64,000 bases of DNA from Deltaproteobacteria bacterium (GCA_006226375.1 SBHC01000009.1:14527-78526); one strand, 5' to 3'; counted from the stretch's first letter, positions 1 through 9,000 are shown. The notes: generated by a model not told the origin, from the letters alone. Made by a program: numbers and translations.

Positions 1-1
1 C

Positions 2-1510
2 ACTCACCTCGTGACAAGCAGTGACCTAACTATCGAAGTGAAGACCGACCGGGATAGCTACTTTGTGGGTGAGCCTGTTATCTATGACATCGAGCTACAC
101 TGCCCCAAGTCCATCTGTAGCCCCCAAGACAAAGGATTCTATGCGAAGTTTTTCAACAAGGACCTGACACTTCCCAAGTTTGACAAGTTCAGCACCTGGA
201 AGAAGCTAGAAAACTTCAAACGCATCCCTTCGTCGCAGCCGGGCTGGGTAGTACTCCGCACCAGGATTAAGTTCCGTGCACCGTCCGGAAACAACATCAA
301 GTTGGACGGGGTACGATTGCGCTTCAGCCGAATCACACAGATTCAACTGTACCGTAACCATCAGATCTGTTTGTTTACCAACGAAAGTTTGGAGAACAAG
401 CTCAAGCAATCCATCACCAAGGACCACTACAACAGCCAGGGTCAAGGAAGTCGTTGCACGGTTGGAACTCGGGAACTTTCGACCCCAGAGCTAACCATTC
501 CCATCCGCACCCTGCCCTCTTCAGCCAAAGGCATCCGCCTGATTGGAACGTTTCGGATTGGCGCACACTTAACCCAATTGACCTATCCCATCAAGCGCAC
601 CACCTCAACCGACAAGCCCTTCTATCTCCTCGTTACGATCGAGGGCGACGGCGATTTGCAGTCGGCGCGAGAAAACATTCGAGACCAGCTCGACAACTTG
701 GCTGCCTCCTTCCGCAAACGTGGCGTGACCACCTATGTGGAGCTACCTGACGACAAGGCCTTGCGCAAACAAGGCAAGACCCAGGTGCAGTGGCAGCTCA
801 TCCCAGAAGAGCCGACAACGCTCACCCTTCCCTCCCTGAAGCTTAAGTACTACCACAGGGAAGAAGGTATTCTTACAGCACAAACGTTGCCTTTCACAGT
901 GAAGGTAACATCGCGCTCCGGTGGAGTGAACCCAACGCCTGTGACGCAGCGCCCAGCGCCTCGCCAAACGCAGGAAAACACCACGACACTGAGCGAAACG
1001 GACCTCCGTCCCAACCAGGTACTCGGCACAGCAGGACTGCACAACCAAAACTTCTCGCTCAACGAGTGGTACAACCTTGTGCTTCTGCTTTCACCGTTTG
1101 GCTTGTTCTTGTTCTTCTTGGGTTGGCACCGCAACCAACAACGTCACGCCGCTGACCCACAACGTCAAGCCCGTCAGAAAGCGCTGCGACAGTTCCAAGC
1201 GTCGCTGCGGGACATCAAGCCAGGACAGCAAGACAAGTGGTTCCGAGCAGCGTTGGACGCTCTACAAAGCTACCTCAAAGAGCGACTGTCGCTTTCGCAA
1301 AAGCAGCTCACAGCGTCGGAGATGGAACGCTTGCTGGAGCCTCACCTCTCAAGCGATTCGCAGCGCGCCATGCTCAAGGACCTCCTTGAACAACACCAGC
1401 AACTTGAAGCGTCTCTCTACGGTGGCGCCGGAATCGATGACGCCAGCGCCTTCTTGAAACGCTTTGAGTCTCATATCCGAGAGTTGGATCGCGCGCTGCC
1501 CCGAAGCTAA
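2..1510 (+). CDS. BatD-like aerotolerance-operon membrane protein (5' end cut by window edge)
   Basis: The frame is open from base 2; the track ORF begins at an internal GTG at 11. It has beta-sandwich-type modules (e.g. TDRDSYFVGEPVIYDIEL), one TM helix (LVLLLSPFGLFLFFLGW) and a charged helical C-tail. A TPR+SH3 BatE-like gene follows about 60 nt later, the usual BatD-BatE order. Confidence 0.55.
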   Translation, partial: THLVTSSDLTIEVKTDRDSYFVGEPVIYDIELHCPKSICSPQDKGFYAKFFNKDLTLPKFDKFSTWKKLENFKRIPSSQPGWVVLRTRIKFRAPSGNNIKLDGVRLRFSRITQIQLYRNHQICLFTNESLENKLKQSITKDHYNSQGQGSRCTVGTRELSTPELTIPIRTLPSSAKGIRLIGTFRIGAHLTQLTYPIKRTTSTDKPFYLLVTIEGDGDLQSARENIRDQLDNLAASFRKRGVTTYVELPDDKALRKQGKTQVQWQLIPEEPTTLTLPSLKLKYYHREEGILTAQTLPFTVKVTSRSGGVNPTPVTQRPAPRQTQENTTTLSETDLRPNQVLGTAGLHNQNFSLNEWYNLVLLLSPFGLFLFFLGWHRNQQRHAADPQRQARQKALRQFQASLRDIKPGQQDKWFRAALDALQSYLKERLSLSQKQLTASEMERLLEPHLSSDSQRAMLKDLLEQHQQLEASLYGGAGIDDASAFLKRFESHIRELDRALPRS

Positions 1511-1570
1511 AGAACACCAAGATTTGAGAAAACTTTTTTGGTATCGCACACCGACACGCGAGACATACTG

Positions 1571-2515
1571 ATGACAGTGAAACGCTCCTTTGCCTTACAA
1601 TACACCTGGAACTGGCTCCTTGTTGGCCTCATGCTTTGCGTTGGCTCCGTTGTTCAAGCGGCTCCAGCACCACGAAGCAAAGCACCCAAACCGGCAGCTT
1701 CCAAGAAAGCCAAAGCCAGACCTGCACCCCAGCCGACTCCAGCGTCTCGCAAGACGGCTGCAAACGTGAGTCAGAACAAGCAAGCCGCCATGTTTCGACA
1801 AGCCAACCAGCTTTACACAAGCGGCCAATACCGCGAAGCCACCGAACTGTTCCTGAAGCTCCTTCCGAATACAAAGTGGGCGAACTTTGGGTTGTTTTAT
1901 AACTTGGGCAATTGTTACTTTCGCTTGCAAAGCTATGGCCTCGCCCTTGTGTATTACCGAAAGGCCCAACGTCTTCAACCCAACCACCTTCACCTCTTGC
2001 ACAACATCCAATTGATCTTCCGTCGCTTGGGCAAAACCGAGCCACGGGATAACGTCCGTGTGAAGTTTCTGTTTTGGTACTACCTGCTCAACTTAAAGCA
2101 GATCTTCTATGTCGTGATTGGCTTCACCTCCCTCTTTTTGCTGTTCTGGGGAGTCTACATTCGACGCTCGGTTCGAGGACTTCGAGGAATGAAGTGGCCT
2201 CTCACTGCATTGGGAACCCTCACGGTGGTGCTGTGGCTAAGTCTCGGCATCAAGCTTTACCAAGAGCGCGTACGAACCCAGGGTGTGATCACCCAAAACG
2301 TTGTAACAGTTCGCTCGGGATACGGTGACCAGTTTGAGCCTTTGTTTAAGCTCACAGTCGCTGACGAGGTAGCAGTCAAAGAGAAGCTGGAAGTGACCAC
2401 TCCCAACGGCAAACAGACTTGGCTTAAGGTGGAAGCAGTCCTCACCAACAAAGACGGCAAAACCAAAACTCGCAAGCAGGGCTGGCTCCCAGCACAGGCT
2501 CTACAAACCATATAG
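1571..2515 (+). CDS. BatE-like TPR / SH3b membrane protein
   Basis: Start taken as ATG 1571; the track ORF starts at TTG 1538. It has an N-terminal anchor (WLLVGLMLCVGSVVQA), a Lys/Ala/Pro-rich linker and TPR repeats (GNCYFRLQSYGLALVYYRKAQRLQPNH). It also has further TM helices and a C-terminal SH3b-like segment (VTVRSGYGDQFEPLFKL...WLKVE...GWLPAQAL). Confidence 0.6.
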   Translation: MTVKRSFALQYTWNWLLVGLMLCVGSVVQAAPAPRSKAPKPAASKKAKARPAPQPTPASRKTAANVSQNKQAAMFRQANQLYTSGQYREATELFLKLLPNTKWANFGLFYNLGNCYFRLQSYGLALVYYRKAQRLQPNHLHLLHNIQLIFRRLGKTEPRDNVRVKFLFWYYLLNLKQIFYVVIGFTSLFLLFWGVYIRRSVRGLRGMKWPLTALGTLTVVLWLSLGIKLYQERVRTQGVITQNVVTVRSGYGDQFEPLFKLTVADEVAVKEKLEVTTPNGKQTWLKVEAVLTNKDGKTKTRKQGWLPAQALQTI

Positions 2516-2577
2516 ATGGTACGGATGTCCCCGGCGTTTGGCGTTCAACGACGGAGCGACCTGGAAAGGAAAGAACC

Positions 2578-3948
2578 ATGACTGTCACCTCGACATTGCA
2601 CCGGCTTTTTCTTGCTGCGCTTCTCTCCCTGGCGCTCTTCTCTCTCACGACCCAAGCGTGGGCGACCAAGCACCCGTATTACTCCAAGCATCCCAAAGCT
2701 GCGAAAGAGTTAGAGCGTTTGCTTCGGCAGGCCCAACTCCAACCGTTGGAGATGCAACCGGCGGGACTCTCCGTTACCCTCAGAGACGTCAACAACAAAG
2801 ACCGCTCGCTCGAAGACTTTCAGGGTAAGGTGCTGGTCTTCACCAAATGGGCCACGTGGTGTGGAGCATGCCGGGCTGAGATGCCCCAAAAGCTCCAGCT
2901 TCAGCAGAACATCAAGAACCCTCGGCTGGTGATGATTGGTGTTAGCAGCGAAAGCCAAGACAAAGTCGCCGCCTACCTCAAAAGCAACACCACCACCTAT
3001 CCGATTAACTTGCTCGATCCCGACAACAAGATGAGCTCCTTCTTCCCTGGTAACGCCATCCCTGTCACCATCCTTGTGGACGGCTGGGGCTGGACTGTCG
3101 CGATGAAACGAGGAGGCGCACCCTGGACCCGAAGCCCCTACGTAGCGCTGATGAATCACCTCCTTCGTACCGCTCCGACCAAGCGTTCGCTGGAGAAGAA
3201 CATCCCCAAGCCGCTCGTAAGCTATCCCCAAGAAGTTAAGGTTCCTGTGGGACAGGCCTTCTCTGTGGTCTTCCATGTGGACTGGATCGGCGCCAACGAC
3301 AAGTTCTCCCAGATCTCCTTTGACCTCGGCACTCACCCTGCCCTTCAATTCTTGGGAATGAGCACCAAAGGCGTGAGCAACGATCAAAGCAGCAACAAAC
3401 GACAGTATGTGATGCGGATGAAGCTATCACGCTCCGCCAAACTCGACGCCATCCCCGTGAAGATTCGCTACCAACTCAAAGACTACGACAAAAGCTACAC
3501 GATGAAGGTCGGTGACCTTTCGATCCAGGTCGCAAGCCAACCAACAACCAAGTCGGCAACCAAGAAGTGGCCTTACATTTTGCTCGGTAGCGCTGGGCTG
3601 TTGGTCCTCGTCATTTTCTTTTTGCTTGGACGTCAGGGTAGCAACGAAAACGGCCCTTCGGAAGAAGATGTGGCCCGCCAAAAACGAGAAGAAGCCCTAC
3701 AAGCGCTGGTCTCAAACCTCAAGGAAGCCCACAACGGCAACGATCCGAAGAAACAAATCGAACCCATCTACGACATCTACCATTCCGTGTTGGACGACGT
3801 CCCTCAGAATGTCCGAACCCTCCGAGATGACATTCGCTATGGAGGTCACGACTTCCCCACAGACAAACGACGTCAGGTTCTGAGCCAACTTGCAGCCGAC
3901 CTCAAATCGGACTTTCCCGACGTCGCCAAACGCATTCAGGCCATGTAA
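2578..3948 (+). CDS. TlpA/ResA-like thioredoxin-fold thiol:disulfide oxidoreductase fused to a BatD-like module, TM helix and cytoplasmic tail
   Basis: A purine-rich RBS (GGAAAGGAA) precedes the ATG. The protein has a signal peptide ending TTQAWA and the redox motif WATWCGACRAEMP (CxxC). Downstream lie a beta module (VSYPQEVKVPVGQAFSVVFHVDW), a TM helix (WPYILLGSAGLLVLVIFFLLG) and a charged tail. Confidence 0.75.
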   Translation: MTVTSTLHRLFLAALLSLALFSLTTQAWATKHPYYSKHPKAAKELERLLRQAQLQPLEMQPAGLSVTLRDVNNKDRSLEDFQGKVLVFTKWATWCGACRAEMPQKLQLQQNIKNPRLVMIGVSSESQDKVAAYLKSNTTTYPINLLDPDNKMSSFFPGNAIPVTILVDGWGWTVAMKRGGAPWTRSPYVALMNHLLRTAPTKRSLEKNIPKPLVSYPQEVKVPVGQAFSVVFHVDWIGANDKFSQISFDLGTHPALQFLGMSTKGVSNDQSSNKRQYVMRMKLSRSAKLDAIPVKIRYQLKDYDKSYTMKVGDLSIQVASQPTTKSATKKWPYILLGSAGLLVLVIFFLLGRQGSNENGPSEEDVARQKREEALQALVSNLKEAHNGNDPKKQIEPIYDIYHSVLDDVPQNVRTLRDDIRYGGHDFPTDKRRQVLSQLAADLKSDFPDVAKRIQAM

Positions 3949-4022
3949 AGAAGTCGGAACCAGAGAAGACTCCTTCTCATCCTCCAACAAAACTTTATCG
4001 AGAACCAGAAAGGAAGCACACG

Positions 4023-4310
4023 ATGGGAAGGGAACTCCTGAAACGTACCGTGGTTGTGATCGCCCTCGACATAGAAGACGACAGCACCCACGACCGCGTA
4101 GTGCGTCTCTTGCTTCAAGAGCTGGATGCCGTCCAGGTGACGGAAACCGTCTTTGAGTTTGATTATACCAAGAGCCCCTACTCCTTAATCCAGCTGCGGC
4201 AGAAGCTAGCCAAGATCATCGACATGGACAACGATATGGTGATCATGTGGGACCTCGATCGACCCAGCCCAGACGCTGACAATGAATTCTTCCGCACCAC
4301 GGTTGGATAG
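4023..4310 (+). CDS. small cytoplasmic protein with a Cas2/VapD-like beta-alpha-beta-beta-alpha-beta sequence pattern (function unproven)
   Basis: RBS AAGGAAG lies upstream of the 95-aa ORF. VVVIALDIEDD...RVVRLLLQEL...VQVTETVFEFDYT...LIQLRQKLAKIIDMDNDMVIMWDL mirrors the Cas2 layout: beta1 ending in Asp, a helix, an RVQxSVFE-like strand, a helix, and a DxxxxIYxL-like strand. No cas1 or CRISPR array is present in the window. Confidence 0.45.
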   Translation: MGRELLKRTVVVIALDIEDDSTHDRVVRLLLQELDAVQVTETVFEFDYTKSPYSLIQLRQKLAKIIDMDNDMVIMWDLDRPSPDADNEFFRTTVG

Positions 4311-4342
4311 CTTCCATCGCTCCTTCGCCTACACACAAAGTC

Positions 4343-5011
4343 ATGCATACACTCCTCTTGCCTGAACATCACAACGCTGGGGTCCGTCTCTGTACAAGCC
4401 GGGACGAGCTGCGCCAAATCCACGAACCTGGTGTGGAAGTAGTGCTCTGGCTGCGAGAGCATCCACCTGAGCTTGTGTCCTATCTGAACGCTCTGGATAT
4501 CGCCTCCCAGAAGCGGAGTCACTTTCGTGTCGAACCTGGCCAGCTTCGGGAACAGCTACATCAACGACTCCAACCTCTCTCCACCCAACCTGAACCCTAC
4601 AAGCAATGGCTGAACGACATCCAAGACCTCGTGAACGAATACCAGCAACTTGTGGAGAATCCAACGCCTCGTGTGCGCCTTGATTTCATTCACAACAACG
4701 CTTGCCAACGTTTCCATCGCGACAACATGACCATCCGGTTGATAACAACCTACATCGGACCTGGCACCGAGTGGCTCCTCGCCGACCACCTGACCGTTGG
4801 CTCTCAACGCACCGACGAATACGCACAGGCGGATATCCAGCATGTCCCGCGATTTGCAGTGGGCTTGTTCAAAGGGATGCAACATCCCAACAACCAACCG
4901 ACTGTCTTTCATCGCTCCCCACCGATTGCTGGGCAAAACACCCACCGCTTCGTGCTGTGTCTCGACGACCTTGCCCCCAACCCAAAAGCACACCGCACCT
5001 CATCGAAATGA
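4343..5011 (+). CDS. DUF1826-family protein (unknown function)
   Basis: 222 aa. The core ACQRFHRDNMTIRLITTYIGPGTEWL ... FHRSPP resembles the conserved blocks I recall for DUF1826. The call is from memory of the family and is not searched. Confidence 0.45.
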   Translation: MHTLLLPEHHNAGVRLCTSRDELRQIHEPGVEVVLWLREHPPELVSYLNALDIASQKRSHFRVEPGQLREQLHQRLQPLSTQPEPYKQWLNDIQDLVNEYQQLVENPTPRVRLDFIHNNACQRFHRDNMTIRLITTYIGPGTEWLLADHLTVGSQRTDEYAQADIQHVPRFAVGLFKGMQHPNNQPTVFHRSPPIAGQNTHRFVLCLDDLAPNPKAHRTSSK

Positions 5012-5083
5012 AACATTTCTCCTACACCCACGACAACATCTCCAAACGAACGTGACCATCACCCCTCATCGAAGGAGGACAAC

Positions 5084-5887
5084 ATGCCCGGACCTATCTT
5101 GTCGATGGTTGGCTTTGCCATCGTGCTATCGGCGATCTCCTGGTACTTCTTAATCATTGATGCAGAGAAAGTCCCCAAGCGTGTGGGTGGATTTGCCAGC
5201 GCTTTGGTCATGGGTTCTGGAATCAGCCTCACTGGACTCGTTCTTTCTCCAAGCGCCTTCACAGGGACAATCACGGGGGTTGCTGCTCTGCTCGGAAGCT
5301 TCATCCTCTGGCTGCTGACACAGCGCCGCCTGCCCGACGGACAGCTTGTTGTGGGTGTAGGAGATCCCATGCCACCGCTTATCGCCCTCGACCCACACAG
5401 AAAGTCGTTCGACCTCAGCAAACTCAAAGGTCAACGCGTAATGGTGAAGTTCTTCCGAGGGAGTTGGTGACCTTACTGTCGCGCCGAGTTACGGCGCTTC
5501 CAAAAGATGAAGCCGATGCTTGACGAGTATGGAGTCCAAGTCATCGCGTTAAGCAAAGACCACCCGAACGCTGCCCGACGCCATCAAAATGAGGACAGGC
5601 TTGACTTCGTCCTTCTCTGTGACCCTGACCTCACGATCATCCGAGAGATGGGTCTCCTGCATGAAGGCGCTCTGGAGTTTCAAACCTTCTTCTTTGGACC
5701 CATCCGATTCCCCATCGGCTGGCCCACAGGTTTCAAACGTATGGCCATACCCACCACCTTGCTCCTCGACGAAGAACACAACGTTCAGTGGATCGACCAG
5801 GCCGAAGACTACCGCATTCGTGGCGACGCCCAACGCACAGAGGCCGCTCTCCAACATGTCTTCGGCCCCTTGGAAAAGATATCCTAA
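5084..5887 (+). CDS. membrane-anchored peroxiredoxin/redoxin (AhpC-TSA-like) protein with in-frame TGA at 5468-5470: candidate selenoprotein (UxxC), alternatively a disrupted gene
   Basis: Strong RBS AAGGAGG before ATG 5084. Track ORFs 5084-5470 and 5507-5887 share one frame. Read-through gives VMVKFFRGSW-[TGA]-PYCRAELRRF, so the stop replaces the first Cys of the family motif W-C-P-Y-C. The N-terminus has three hydrophobic helices. ATG 5507 has no SD-like sequence upstream. Confidence 0.6.
5481..5497 (+). promoter_or_regulatory. candidate bacterial SECIS hairpin
   Basis: GCGCCG (5481-5486) pairs perfectly with CGGCGC (5492-5497). The 5-nt loop AGUUA contains GU. The stem starts 10 nt after the in-frame UGA. 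Confidence 0.45.
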
Positions 5888-5890
5888 GAC

Positions 5891-7384
5891 TCAGGCAAGG
5901 TGCCCCATGTCCTCCCAGCTATCGAACACATGAACCGGATCGCACAACACCTCCAGACCTGACTCATCCACCTCTCCGACCTGCACCCCATGGAACCGAA
6001 ACCCTCTCTCTTTCTTCGCTCTCTCCACCCGCTGCAGCAAGTCATTCGAAGCCAAGAACAAACCATCAGAGATGAGCAACAAGTCCGCGCGCTCCCAACC
6101 GTCCAGAGCCAGACGATCCAGGGCATGTTGGACAGGGGCATGAACCTCTGTACCACCCGAGAAGCTATGCCGTAAGAAATCGAGAAAATGACGAAGGCCA
6201 CTGGCATCAAGGCTCAAGTCATGTTCACGAACCTGTTCAGGTCCGCTGAAGGTGTACACATAGCAACGACGACGGCTGCGATGCGCCATACGCATCACCT
6301 CCAACACCAACGCCTTGGCCACGGATTCGGGCTTTCCTGCCATAGAGCCCGAAGTATCGAGACAAACCACCATCGGCCCCCAACCGGGACGTCCTCTCTC
6401 CTCGCCTTCCTCGCTGGGCACAACCTCAGCTTCGTCAACAACCACTTCCTCCAAGCCTTCCATCTTGTAGGTAAGCAAGGCTTGTTCCGCCCGTCGAGCA
6501 TGCCAGACCCACCGCAACATCGGATGCAGCAGCAAGCTCGCCTCCGAAGGCAACATCCTCGAAAGATCGTTGGAGCGTGTAATCCCGCGAGCTTCTTCGG
6601 GAGCAGTCGAGACCCACAAACTTGTCACTTCAGGGCAGCGTTGCGCCATAGGACCCACCAAACGTTCGGCGATCGTTGGGCCATCCACGCACACATGCAA
6701 GCGCCCTAACATCCGGAGAATCTCCTTAATATCAGGCAACCGCTGAGAGAGTTGGTGCAAGGCCTGAACCTCCTCCCAGGTGCGCTCCTGCAAAAGGCCC
6801 CGGCTCAGATCCCAACCCAACCCAAGAACAGCCCGTAGCTCCTCGAACACAACCGTAAGCTCCGATAGCATACGTATGCGCTCTTCCCATACAGAGAGAA
6901 AATCATCCAGGTCTGGCTCAAACTCCAACCGGGCGAACTCCTCCCTAACTTCACTTGCATCGCTCCCATAACCTATCGAAGCGACGCCTTCTTCCTCTTT
7001 GTTCCCTTTTATCGCTTCCGATTCGGCTGAATGTTCCAAAGCAACTCGCCGAAGAAACTGCTGTTCACGGCGTTGGTGTTCGTTCTTTCGCAAGCTACGA
7101 ACCCAGTCCAGCAGGATGTCATCGGTTAACTCTGGGTTCTCTGCTGTAAACTGGGGAAGACCCATCCACTGGAAAGTCTCACGAAACAACGAAGCCAAGC
7201 CATCATCAGGCCACGCAAGACCCAAGGGAGGAAGCGTGCCGCCTAGCAGAGCTTCACGCCAAGCTAACACACCTTCGACACGTTCTTGCAGGCTTCCTTC
7301 GGTGAGAGTGATCACATCATCCACCAACAACGCTGGAAGCCGCTCCAAGCATGCAAAGCTATCGTCCCAGCCGGAATCAACCAT
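5891..7384 (-). CDS. ViaA-like VWA-domain protein (partner of the RavA-like ATPase)
   Basis: C-terminal VWA domain with a MIDAS-type motif (VVCLDTSGSMAG). ATG 7384 overlaps the upstream stop by 8 nt (ATGGTTGA), suggesting translational coupling. The track ORF extends to 7438, a 62-nt overlap that is less likely. Confidence 0.75.
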   Translation of the reverse strand: MVDSGWDDSFACLERLPALLVDDVITLTEGSLQERVEGVLAWREALLGGTLPPLGLAWPDDGLASLFRETFQWMGLPQFTAENPELTDDILLDWVRSLRKNEHQRREQQFLRRVALEHSAESEAIKGNKEEEGVASIGYGSDASEVREEFARLEFEPDLDDFLSVWEERIRMLSELTVVFEELRAVLGLGWDLSRGLLQERTWEEVQALHQLSQRLPDIKEILRMLGRLHVCVDGPTIAERLVGPMAQRCPEVTSLWVSTAPEEARGITRSNDLSRMLPSEASLLLHPMLRWVWHARRAEQALLTYKMEGLEEVVVDEAEVVPSEEGEERGRPGWGPMVVCLDTSGSMAGKPESVAKALVLEVMRMAHRSRRRCYVYTFSGPEQVREHDLSLDASGLRHFLDFLRHSFSGGTEVHAPVQHALDRLALDGWERADLLLISDGLFLASNDLLQRVERAKKERGFRFHGVQVGEVDESGLEVLCDPVHVFDSWEDMGHLA

Positions 7385-8954
7385 GAGCCTGGTTGCGACC
7401 CATAGGTTTTGTGACGGGTAGCTTGTTGTACCCTTCATGAACGTTTCTCAATCGAAGCAACAACGAATCCACATGGTCACGCACAGAGAGGAGAGCCTGA
7501 CGTGCCGGCTCAAGGAAAGACGAGTCAATCCACAGGTGGTCAGATAGCACAGTCTCCAGGTCATGAACATGTGTTTGGAGTTGTCCTTGCCACCCCTCAA
7601 TTTGACGCTGGTATTGGTGAAGCTGCTCCAAACGACTGTGAATGTAGGAAGGCGAGAACGAACGCGGTTGCAAGGCTGGAGGGTTGGCCTGACGCTCACA
7701 CAAACGGCTGATGTCTTTTTCCAGGTACTCGCGCAGACCTGACCAGTCTCGCAATGGCTGCTCGCGGTAACGCTTTCCAAATTGTAACTTCCCCAGTTCC
7801 TCCAAAGTGTAGCCACGGCCATCGTTGGTTCGGTCGGAGAGAGGCCGCCCTTGGTGACCGATCACAACGCCAGGTGCGACATACAGCGACTGATGTCCCC
7901 TTGTTTGCGGCCACTCCCCTTCCAAATCCGTCGCAAGAGAGCCGTCGGGTTGGTGGAACAAGCGCTTCCCTGCCTCGTTGCGCATAGGTTCGCGCTCTTG
8001 TTGGTCTTGCTCTAACTTTTGCTCCCACACCGACACAAGGTGGGTCAGGCGCGAGGGATTCCACTGCACGGAGTCACCCACCGCTTGCGTGTACCACGCA
8101 GCCACACGAGGCTGCTTCTCCACACGACTCCAAACCACATGCTGCAAGAGCCACGCATCCCACACCGAAACATCCGAGCGACCGTTGGAATAGGCAGACA
8201 CCTGCAGCAGCTTTACGATCTTTCGCCAACGTCGGTCAGAGACAACGATGCCTTCCTCTCGCAGAAACGTACGAAAGCTCTGCAACAACGAGACCACGTC
8301 GGAGCCCAAAGCGACAGACTGTGACTCAACTTGAATCTGGTGCAGCTCCTCTGAGGATAGCTGCAAGGAAGGTGGCAAAGCAAAAGAGGAGCTACCACGA
8401 AGCTGCAGCAAGGACGCAAACGCATCGTCCGACACAGGACCCACATACAAACGTAACAAGAAGCGGTCATACAACGCTTCCAGCTCGCTTCCATCAGGCA
8501 ACTCATTGGATGCGCCCACCACCGATAACAAAGGCGTAGTGATACGCTCACTGCCGTTGTCAAACTCGCGTTCATTCAGCAACGTAAGGAGCGCATTGAG
8601 AATGGCGCTGTTCGCCTTAAAAATTTCATCCAGAAAGGCAACAGACACTGTAGGCAAGTATCGTTCAATTTGCCGACGATACTGGTCTTGCTCCAGCGCT
8701 TTCACAGACAACGGGCCAAACAATTCCTCAGGCACCGTAAACCGCGTCAACAGATGCTCAAAGTAAGAGCCTTCATGCACAACATGATGCAAGCGTCGAG
8801 CCACCATGCTTTTGGCTGTACCCGGAGGACCCACCAACAGCAGATGCTCTCCAGACAGCAAAGCCAAAAGCGCCAGACGAACAGCCTGGTCTCGCTCCAC
8901 AAGGCCTGCCGTCATCCGATCTCGAATCGTTTGTAGCTTCTGGGTCAGTGTCAT
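7377..8954 (-). CDS. RavA/MoxR-like AAA+ ATPase
   Basis: Walker A is LLLVGPPGTAKS. The Walker B/sensor block AFLDEIFKANSAILNALLTLLNEREF is typical of the RavA/MoxR clade. It has a roughly 330-aa C-terminal extension, and the gene order ATPase-then-VWA matches ravA-viaA. Confidence 0.8.
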   Translation of the reverse strand: MTLTQKLQTIRDRMTAGLVERDQAVRLALLALLSGEHLLLVGPPGTAKSMVARRLHHVVHEGSYFEHLLTRFTVPEELFGPLSVKALEQDQYRRQIERYLPTVSVAFLDEIFKANSAILNALLTLLNEREFDNGSERITTPLLSVVGASNELPDGSELEALYDRFLLRLYVGPVSDDAFASLLQLRGSSSFALPPSLQLSSEELHQIQVESQSVALGSDVVSLLQSFRTFLREEGIVVSDRRWRKIVKLLQVSAYSNGRSDVSVWDAWLLQHVVWSRVEKQPRVAAWYTQAVGDSVQWNPSRLTHLVSVWEQKLEQDQQEREPMRNEAGKRLFHQPDGSLATDLEGEWPQTRGHQSLYVAPGVVIGHQGRPLSDRTNDGRGYTLEELGKLQFGKRYREQPLRDWSGLREYLEKDISRLCERQANPPALQPRSFSPSYIHSRLEQLHQYQRQIEGWQGQLQTHVHDLETVLSDHLWIDSSFLEPARQALLSVRDHVDSLLLRLRNVHEGYNKLPVTKPMGRNQAHG

Positions 8955-9000
8955 GGATAGCTCATCGAATGTAGGGCTTTAAGTTATGCACCCTTGTCTC

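Noticed and set aside
5468-5470. Reading the TGA as a genuine stop, giving two separate genes or a pseudogene
   Set aside because: Not fully excluded. It is less likely because the stop falls exactly on the conserved redox Cys. The downstream frame stays open and family-like for 139 more codons. The second ORF has no RBS. A SECIS-like hairpin follows. The selenoprotein reading is kept as a hypothesis with the pseudogene reading as the alternative.
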